Below, piece by piece: positions 56,657-64,000 of a stretch of 64,000 nucleotides of DNA. The stretch is from the sequence record KY703222; one strand, written 5' to 3'. The stretch comes from Escherichia phage phiC120. The notes under the pieces were generated by a model. It was not told the origin of the DNA and did no database searches. It was given only the letters and a program-made list of their open reading frames with translations. A program made the position numbers and the translations under genes. Each line of letters opens with the position of its first letter. Position 1 is the stretch's first letter.

Positions 56657-57520
56657 ATGTATATTCAAACTCCAAAACAATTGATTGACGTTGGCGAAAT
56701 TGGTAACGCTTCTACAGGCGATATCCTTTTTGACGGCGGTGTTAAAATAAACAATGATATAAATGCTATTTACAATGCGTTTGGCGACCAACGAAAAATG
56801 GCAACTGCTAATGGGACAGGACCAAATGGACAAATAATCCATGCTACTGGATACTACCAAAAAGGAGGTCCTACTGATTATTTCACCCCTGTTCCAGTAG
56901 GAAGTAGACACGACATAGATGCTTCTACTGGTGGTGTTATTGTTACTGTTGCTAGAGGTGAACTCGGTGATTCCGTGGAATTTATAAATTCAAACGGGTC
57001 AATTTCGGTAAACAACCCATTAAGTATCCAAGCATTAGATTCTATTAAAGGTGTTGCAGGTAATTTAGTTATAACTACACCTTATACTAAAGTTACTCTT
57101 CGTTGTATTTCTTCTGGTACAGGCGGTTCAATATGGGATTATTCTACAGAAAGTATGTTTAGTCATACCGAAATTCCTGTAGACGGGACATGGAATATTA
57201 TTTCAGACTATGTCAATATTCCTCTATTTTATAAAACTGAATATAATGCTGCTAAACTTTTGGTTACATGCCAATCTGCCAACGGCAGAAAAATTAAATC
57301 ATGCGAAATAAATATTCTAATAGATACAATTAATTCAAGAGTTATTTCAACTGAATACGCAGTGATGCGCGTTGGTAATGATAACGAAGAAGATGAAATT
57401 GCGAATATTAGTTTTTCGATAATTAACAATTTTGCCACTATGACAGTTTCTTCATATATAAATGGTCTTCGAGTGGCAGCTAAAGTTATTTCAACTCAGA
57501 AAATTAGGGTCGCTCAATAA
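56657..57520 (+). CDS. 9: Baseplate protein gp9 (long tail fibre attachment)
   Basis: 287 aa MYIQTPKQLIDVGEIGNASTGDILFDGG... Confidence 0.85.
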   Translation: MYIQTPKQLIDVGEIGNASTGDILFDGGVKINNDINAIYNAFGDQRKMATANGTGPNGQIIHATGYYQKGGPTDYFTPVPVGSRHDIDASTGGVIVTVARGELGDSVEFINSNGSISVNNPLSIQALDSIKGVAGNLVITTPYTKVTLRCISSGTGGSIWDYSTESMFSHTEIPVDGTWNIISDYVNIPLFYKTEYNAAKLLVTCQSANGRKIKSCEINILIDTINSRVISTEYAVMRVGNDNEEDEIANISFSIINNFATMTVSSYINGLRVAAKVISTQKIRVAQ

Positions 57521-59334
57521 TGAAACAAAATATTAAAATTGGGAACGTCGTTGATGACGGACAAGGCGATTACCTTCGTCGTGGTGGTGCAAAAATTAAT
57601 GAAAACTTTGATGAGTTGTATTATGAATTAGGCGATGGCGAAGTTCCATATTCCGCTGGTGCCTGGAAAACATACCATTCTTCAGATGGACTTAATTTAG
57701 CTGCTGAATGGGGTAAATCATACGCAATTGATACTTCAACAGGGCGTGTTTCTATAAATTTACCTAAAGGAACAGTGGAAGATTATAATAAAGTAATTAG
57801 AGCCCGTGATGTATTCGCCACATGGAATATTAACCCTGTAACATTAATTGCTGCTAGCGGTGATACTATTAAAGGTTCTTCTAACCCAGTAGAAATCAAT
57901 GTGCAGTTTTCAGACTTAGAATTAGTTTACTGTTCTCCTGGGCGCTGGGAATACGTTAAAAATAAACAAATAGACAAAATTACTAGTTCTGATATTAGTA
58001 GTGTAGCTCGTAAAGAATTTTTAGTCGAAGTTCAAGGTCAAACTGATTTTCTTGATGTATTTGGGTCTGTTTCTTATAATGTGAATAATATCCGTGTAAA
58101 ACATCGTGGTAACGAATTATACTACGGTGATGCGTTCAGTGACAATAGTGACTTTGGTTCTCCTGGAGCTAATCCTGGAGAAATCGTTGCACTAGATGGT
58201 AAAAACATCCGTCTAAGACAACCGTGTAATATCGGCGACACCGTACAAATTGAAACCTTTTTGGATGGGATTACACAATTACGCAGTTCTTATTCTCGCC
58301 GCCAAATACGTATTTTAGATTCGAAATTAACAACCCGTCCTTCCTTAGAAGGAAGTGTATATGTCGCTGATTTGTCAACTTTGAAATCTATTCCTTTTTC
58401 TGCATTTGGAGTTAATCCTTCAGAACCGGTCAATACCAATTCTTTAGAAGTTCGTTTTAATGGTATTCTTCAAGAATTAGCTGGTACTGTTGGTTTACCT
58501 ATGTTCAGATGTGAAGGCGCTGACGCAGAAACTTCTACCGAGTGTTCAGCTTTAGGTGGGACTTGGGTTACATCTAACACAGATTATTCTATTGAATATG
58601 ATGATAACGATGCAACTATCGCACGTGCTTTAGTCTTTGACCGTAAGTTTGAAGACCAAGACATTATTGATATTACATGGTTTAATAACGATTTAGGCAC
58701 TTTATTAAGTATCGATGACATTTTAGATACAACTGATGAAAGGTATGTCGCACAAGGTGCAACCGTAAATGTGACAGGCGATGTGGCTTTGACCGATTTC
58801 AATAATATCGGATGGCCTAATGTAGAATCTGTTCCTGCATATAGCAGGGAATTCTCGTCTATTGCAAATATTTTTAACACCATTTACCCTGTCGGTACTA
58901 TTTACGAAAATGCAGTGAACCCTAATAACCCAGCCACGTATTTAGGATTTGGCTCTTGGAAATTATGGGGGCAAGGAAAAGTATTAGTTGGATGGAACGA
59001 CGATATTAGCGATCCTAATTTTGCATTAAATAATAACGACCTTGATTCTAGCGGGAATCCTACACATACCGCCGGTGGAACAGTCGGAACAACGTCTAAC
59101 ACACTAACTAATTCTGATTTACCTCCTACTCAAACTGACGAGAAAGTTCTTATTTCCGATGAGAACGGTACAATTATTATTGGTGGTTGTCAATACGACC
59201 CTGATGCAGAAGGTCCTATATACACCAAATACCGTGAAGGCCACGCCACAACGAATAGTACACACATACCGCCTCAAGCCGTAAATAATATTCAACCGTC
59301 AGTTACCGTATACCGTTGGGTAAGGATTGCATAA
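57520..59334 (+). CDS. 10: Baseplate protein gp10
   Basis: 604 aa [23 protein letters not shown]... Confidence 0.85.
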   Translation: MKQNIKIGNVVDDGQGDYLRRGGAKINENFDELYYELGDGEVPYSAGAWKTYHSSDGLNLAAEWGKSYAIDTSTGRVSINLPKGTVEDYNKVIRARDVFATWNINPVTLIAASGDTIKGSSNPVEINVQFSDLELVYCSPGRWEYVKNKQIDKITSSDISSVARKEFLVEVQGQTDFLDVFGSVSYNVNNIRVKHRGNELYYGDAFSDNSDFGSPGANPGEIVALDGKNIRLRQPCNIGDTVQIETFLDGITQLRSSYSRRQIRILDSKLTTRPSLEGSVYVADLSTLKSIPFSAFGVNPSEPVNTNSLEVRFNGILQELAGTVGLPMFRCEGADAETSTECSALGGTWVTSNTDYSIEYDDNDATIARALVFDRKFEDQDIIDITWFNNDLGTLLSIDDILDTTDERYVAQGATVNVTGDVALTDFNNIGWPNVESVPAYSREFSSIANIFNTIYPVGTIYENAVNPNNPATYLGFGSWKLWGQGKVLVGWNDDISDPNFALNNNDLDSSGNPTHTAGGTVGTTSNTLTNSDLPPTQTDEKVLISDENGTIIIGGCQYDPDAEGPIYTKYREGHATTNSTHIPPQAVNNIQPSVTVYRWVRIA

Positions 59335-59993
59335 TGACCATACTTAATACTAAAGCGGGAGTAATATCCCGCGAAGCAGATTTTTTAGGATTTAGAAAAA
59401 ATCCTACTCAAATTGATATTTTAAACAACCAAGGCGTAGGTTCTGTAACTATTTCTCAATTGGCAAAAGGATTCTACGACGATAACGTAGAATCTGCAAT
59501 AAACGATGTTCATAATATTGCTAGAGCAGATGTAGGAACAGTTACAATTAACACCTCAGGTGTATCTCCTGAAGGAACTTCACAGGTAGATTATTGGTCC
59601 TTTAGTGGAAGTGTAACTGACCCTAGTTTGCCCGATGGAAGCCCTGTTATTGTAAAAGTTTACGGGCTTCCTGTTAATGCTACTGTAGGTATGACAGCCG
59701 ACGAATTTGTTGTACAATTACGTACTACTCTCCGGAATGCGATTTCCGACCAAATGGCTATTGCAGAGTATAAAGATGACCCTACTGTTGGGACTAAATT
59801 ACAAATAACATATTTAGATAACCAAAGACACGTACTCCCAACGTATTCCTCTTATGGTATCACGGTTTCTCAAGAAATAGTGTCTCAGGCTAAGTCCGGG
59901 TACGGCACTTGGAATTTACTAGGTGCGCAAACCATTACTCTTGACAACCATATTTCACCTACAACCTTTTATTATTTTGTGAGAACCGCATGA
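59334..59993 (+). CDS. 11: Baseplate protein gp11 (short tail fibre attachment)
   Basis: ORF 59316..59993; ATG at 59334 gives 219 aa as in T4 gp11. Confidence 0.85.
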   Translation: MTILNTKAGVISREADFLGFRKNPTQIDILNNQGVGSVTISQLAKGFYDDNVESAINDVHNIARADVGTVTINTSGVSPEGTSQVDYWSFSGSVTDPSLPDGSPVIVKVYGLPVNATVGMTADEFVVQLRTTLRNAISDQMAIAEYKDDPTVGTKLQITYLDNQRHVLPTYSSYGITVSQEIVSQAKSGYGTWNLLGAQTITLDNHISPTTFYYFVRTA

Positions 59994-61540
59994 GTAACAA
60001 TACATATCAACACGTTTCGAATGAATCGGTATATGTTGAATTTGACCCGGTAGGGTCAAATTTTGATAGTTCAATAACCAATGTCCAGGCAGCCTTAGCC
60101 TCAATTAGCGCATATGGTGTTAAAGGTGTTCCGGACGCAAGCGAAGCAGAAAAAGGTGTAATTCAATTAGCGACAGAACAAGAAGTTCTTGATGGATTTA
60201 ATAGTACTAAAGCCGTTACACCAGCCACATTAAATGCAAGACTTCAGTATCCGAACGCGTCAGAAACACAATACGGTGTAACTAAATATGCAACACAAGA
60301 GGAAGCCATTGCCGGCACTTTAGACACTGTTTCTATTACTCCACTTAAATTAAACCAAACTATTGATAACACGTTCTCTACTCGTTATTCCACCGAAACA
60401 ACTAACGGTGTTATTAAAATTGCAACTCAAACCGCTGCACTTGCCGGGTCTGATGATACCACGGCAATGACACCGCTTAAAACTCAGCAATTAGCAATAA
60501 AATTAATTTCTCAAATAGCTCCTAATAACGACCCGGCTTCAGAATCTATTACTGGTGTTGTGCGTTTAGCTACGGTGGCTCAAACACGTCAAGGAACTCT
60601 TCGCGAAGGATATGCAATTTCCCCATATACCTTTATGAATTCTGTTGCAACACAAGAATATAAAGGTGTTATACGTCTAGGAACACAAACGGAAATTAAT
60701 AGTAATTTAGGAGATGTTGCTGTAACAGGTGAAACGCTAAATGGTAGAGGAGCTACCGGTTCTATGCGTGGAGTCGTAAAATTAACGACGCAGGCCGGTG
60801 TTGCACCCGAAGGCGATAGTTCTGGAGCATTAGCATGGAACGCAGATGTAATTAATACACGCGGTGGGCAAACTATTAATGGTTCTTTAAATTTAGACCA
60901 TCTCACGGCAAATGGAATTTGGTCACGTGGTGGAATGTGGAAAAACGGTGACCAGCCGGTTGCAACAGAGCGATATGCATCTGAACGTGTTCCTGTTGGA
61001 ACAATTCAAATGTTCGCAGGTGATAGCGCTCCTCCAGGTTGGGTTTTATGTCATGGCGGGACCGTTTCTGGGAACCAATTTCCAGACTATCGAAATGTGG
61101 TTGGAACGAGATTTGGCGGTGATTGGAATAATCCTGGAATTCCAGACATGCGCGGTCTTTTTGTTAGAGGAGCTGGTACAGGCAGCCATATTTTAAATAA
61201 TCGCGGTCAAGATGGCTATGGAAAGGATAGATTAGGTGTAGGATGTGACGGTATGCATGTTGGTGGTGTCCAAGCACAGCAAATGTCATATCATAAACAC
61301 GCTGGTGGATGGGGCGAATATCAACGTCATGAGGCACCATTCGGAGCATCCGTATATCAAGGTTATTTGGGTACTAGAAAATACGCTGATTGGGATAACG
61401 CATCATATTTCACAAATGACGGCTTCGAATTAGGTGGTCACCGCGACGCAACAGGCACTCTTAACCGTGAAGGACTTATCGGATATGAGACTCGTCCATG
61501 GAATATATCTTTAAATTATATTATTAAAGTCCATTACTAA
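59990..61540 (+). CDS. 12: Short tail fibre protein gp12
   Basis: 516 aa; repeated VTxxxLNxR / GVxKxAT motifs and His-rich C-terminal receptor-binding domain. Confidence 0.88.
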   Translation: MSNNTYQHVSNESVYVEFDPVGSNFDSSITNVQAALASISAYGVKGVPDASEAEKGVIQLATEQEVLDGFNSTKAVTPATLNARLQYPNASETQYGVTKYATQEEAIAGTLDTVSITPLKLNQTIDNTFSTRYSTETTNGVIKIATQTAALAGSDDTTAMTPLKTQQLAIKLISQIAPNNDPASESITGVVRLATVAQTRQGTLREGYAISPYTFMNSVATQEYKGVIRLGTQTEINSNLGDVAVTGETLNGRGATGSMRGVVKLTTQAGVAPEGDSSGALAWNADVINTRGGQTINGSLNLDHLTANGIWSRGGMWKNGDQPVATERYASERVPVGTIQMFAGDSAPPGWVLCHGGTVSGNQFPDYRNVVGTRFGGDWNNPGIPDMRGLFVRGAGTGSHILNNRGQDGYGKDRLGVGCDGMHVGGVQAQQMSYHKHAGGWGEYQRHEAPFGASVYQGYLGTRKYADWDNASYFTNDGFELGGHRDATGTLNREGLIGYETRPWNISLNYIIKVHY

Positions 61541-61549
61541 GGGTAAAAA

Positions 61550-62992
61550 ATGATCGAATTAAAAAGTCTACCATACGTTGATGGCCCTCCTGATGAGGGT
61601 CAAAAACGCTTAAACTGGATTAAAAATTCAGAAGAAATAACTGGCGCTGATACGTTATACGGTTCTGAAGGAGTAATGAACCGTCCAATAACAGAAGTTC
61701 AACGAAATGTAGAAACAATTAACGATAACGTTAAGACTATCGCAGAATCTTTAGATACCGCTAATGCTGATATTGTCACAATTAAAAGTATCTTGGATGT
61801 TTCTGGTGATGTAGATGCTTTAGCACAAATTGGACATAACACTGATGATATTGAAGTATTAAAACACACTGTAAATTCACACGGTGTTGATATTTTAAAC
61901 ACTGAAGAAAAACTAGATGATACTATTGCTAATATCGGAGTAGTTAATCCAGAAACAGATTCAGTGTATCGTACGGTGCGTAACGACCTTCTTTGGATTA
62001 AAACCGAATTAGGGCAATATACTGGGCAAGATATTAATGGTGTCCCGACCGAAGGTAATGAAAGCACCGGGATGAAACGACGTATTATTACTAACAGCTC
62101 AGTGTTGGTTGACCAAGGCGTTCGTTTAACCGAGTTAGAAAATAAATTTGCCGATTCTGATGTTGGGGCTCTGACAACCGAAGTTGAAAACCTCCGTCAA
62201 GAAATAGGTCCTAGACCATCGTTAACAGTACCGGTTTACACTCGTTTATCCGGTATTGATTCATCCATTTCTATCCAAACTAGAGATATTGCGGCATTAA
62301 AAGATTTTGTTGGATATCCTAATTCAACCGCTATTAAAACTCAAGTCGAGGCCAATCGTCTTTCTATATCAACAATAAATTCAGACATTAACTCGCCTGG
62401 CGGTATTAAACCACGTTTGACAACGTTAGAAACTACTATAGGCTCTCCAGATTTACCAACTACTCTTCAGGGTAAGATCAAATTAAATACCGATTCCATT
62501 TCAGGTATTAACACAGTTTTAGGTGTTGATTCTTCTAGTGGTTTACGTTTTAATGTAGCATGGCTTAATCAGGTGGTTGGAGTTGATTCAAACGGTGGAC
62601 AACCTGAACCGGCTGGTTCACTTTTATATAGGACTCGTGTTCTTGAAACTGGTGTTACCGACCTAGGCAATAACATTCAAAACGTTCAAACTGAATTGGG
62701 AACTAATTCGTCCGGTATTAAAGGACAAGTAACTAGTTTAAATAAACTTATAAGCGGTACCAACCCAAACGGTCAAACCGTAGAAGAACGTGGTATATTG
62801 CCAACGGTTAAAAACCATGACACAACAATTATGGCTTTAACTACGCGTGTTACCACTTTAGAAACCGACCTTGCTGAAGCAGAAGCAGAAATTCAGGCCC
62901 TTAAAGAGGCTGGATATATCGAAGATGCTCCTTCAGACGGTAAATTCTATGTTCGTAAAGATGGTGCTTGGGTTGAACTTCCTACAGCTTAA
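61550..62992 (+). CDS. wac: Fibritin (whisker) Wac
   Basis: 480-aa coiled coil ending in foldon GYIEDAPSDGKFYVRKDGAWVELPTA. Confidence 0.9.
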   Translation: MIELKSLPYVDGPPDEGQKRLNWIKNSEEITGADTLYGSEGVMNRPITEVQRNVETINDNVKTIAESLDTANADIVTIKSILDVSGDVDALAQIGHNTDDIEVLKHTVNSHGVDILNTEEKLDDTIANIGVVNPETDSVYRTVRNDLLWIKTELGQYTGQDINGVPTEGNESTGMKRRIITNSSVLVDQGVRLTELENKFADSDVGALTTEVENLRQEIGPRPSLTVPVYTRLSGIDSSISIQTRDIAALKDFVGYPNSTAIKTQVEANRLSISTINSDINSPGGIKPRLTTLETTIGSPDLPTTLQGKIKLNTDSISGINTVLGVDSSSGLRFNVAWLNQVVGVDSNGGQPEPAGSLLYRTRVLETGVTDLGNNIQNVQTELGTNSSGIKGQVTSLNKLISGTNPNGQTVEERGILPTVKNHDTTIMALTTRVTTLETDLAEAEAEIQALKEAGYIEDAPSDGKFYVRKDGAWVELPTA

Positions 62993-62998
62993 TGAAAA

Positions 62999-63012
62999 GG
63001 GCCTTCGGGCCC
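62999..63012 (+). terminator. GC hairpin with UUCG loop after wac
   Basis: GGGCC-UUCG-GGCCC 7 nt after the wac stop; no U-tract. Confidence 0.45.
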
Positions 63013-63024
63013 TAAAGGATTTAT

Positions 63025-63966
63025 ATGTCAGGTTATAATGCACAAAACCCTAAAGAATTAAAGGATGTAATATTACGTCGTTTAGGCGCTCCTATTGTAA
63101 ATGTTGAATTAACTACAGACCAAATTTATGATTGTATTTCCAGAGCATTAGAACTTTATGGCGAATATCATTTTGATGGATTGAATAAAGGTTTCCATGT
63201 ATTTTTTGTTGACGACGAAGAAAAATACCGTCACGGCGTATTTGATATGCGTGGTTCTAATGTATTTGCTGTAACAAGAATTATAAGAACAAACGTTGGC
63301 TCTATTACTTCAATGGATGGTAACGCAACTTATCCATGGTTCACTGATTTCCTTTTAGGAATGGCAGGCGTTTCTGGTGGTATGGGTAGTAATTGTGGTA
63401 AATTCTACGGTCCGAACGCTTTTGGTGCCGACCTCGGGTATTATTCTCAATTAGTATCTTATATGGGTATGCTTCAAGATATGATTGCTCCTCTTCCAGA
63501 TTTTTGGTTTAACTCTGCAAACGAGCAATTAAAAGTAATGGGTAACTTTAGACAGAAAGATGTTATTATCGTTGAATCGTATGTTCGCTCTTATATTGAG
63601 ACACATAAGATGGTAGGAAATACAGTAGGTTATGGACAGGTCGGTCCTCGTGATTCATGGTCTATTTCTGAGCGGTATGACAACCCAGACCATAATTTAG
63701 TCGGACGTCGAGTTGGTGAAGATCCTGCAACTAAACAAGGCGCATATAACAACCGCTGGGTTAAAGATTATGCAACTGCATTAGCTAAAGAGCTTAATGG
63801 ACAAATTCTTGCTAAACATCAAGGTATGATGTTACCAGGCGGTGTCACTGTTGATGGTGTTCGATTAATTGAAGAAGCCCGTTTAGAGAAAGAAGCTTTA
63901 CGAGAAGAGTTATATTTACTGGAGTTATATTTACTGGACCCTCCTGCAGGTATTTTGGTAGGTTAA
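63025..63966 (+). CDS. 13: Neck protein gp13
   Basis: 313-aa ORF after wac, T4 gp13 position and size. Confidence 0.8.
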   Translation: MSGYNAQNPKELKDVILRRLGAPIVNVELTTDQIYDCISRALELYGEYHFDGLNKGFHVFFVDDEEKYRHGVFDMRGSNVFAVTRIIRTNVGSITSMDGNATYPWFTDFLLGMAGVSGGMGSNCGKFYGPNAFGADLGYYSQLVSYMGMLQDMIAPLPDFWFNSANEQLKVMGNFRQKDVIIVESYVRSYIETHKMVGNTVGYGQVGPRDSWSISERYDNPDHNLVGRRVGEDPATKQGAYNNRWVKDYATALAKELNGQILAKHQGMMLPGGVTVDGVRLIEEARLEKEALREELYLLELYLLDPPAGILVG

Positions 63967-64000
63967 AGCCCGACTAGTATACTCGTATAAGGTTTAATAT

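Noticed and set aside
57229-62067. Minus-strand ORFs inside genes 9, 10, 12 and wac
   Set aside because: Antisense to late structural genes with no expression signals.

Overview
This window is a contiguous stretch of a T4-like (Tevenvirinae) virulent myovirus genome, collinear with the T4 map from gene 62 through gene 13. Positions 1-47338 are a densely packed minus-strand early/middle region: clamp loader 62/44 and clamp 45, rpbA, recombination nuclease 46/47, late sigma factor 55, nrdH/nrdG/nrdD, endonuclease VII (49), nrdC, a block of hypotheticals, rI, tk, regB, denV, lysozyme e, nudE, a reduced tRNA locus, ipI-like, 57B (Acb1), 57A, and genes 1, 3, 2, 4. Positions 47400-63966 are plus-strand late baseplate and tail genes 53, 5, 5.1, 5.4, 6-12, wac and 13. 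All calls rest on reading the translations and motifs by eye against remembered T4 proteins; no searches were run. The most interesting content is in the accessory regions: seven internal-protein-like genes carrying the capsid targeting sequence, a TARG1/DarG-like macro-domain protein, an AAA+ ATPase and nucleotidyltransferase pair, homologues of the anti-CBASS genes Acb1 and (tentatively) Acb2, two genes broken at homopolymer runs (rI and a small ORF), and a family of at least 18 early-promoter repeats, several of which embed an anti-Shine-Dalgarno arm. There is no alpha-glucosyltransferase at the T4 position, no nrdD intron, no homing endonuclease and only two tRNAs.
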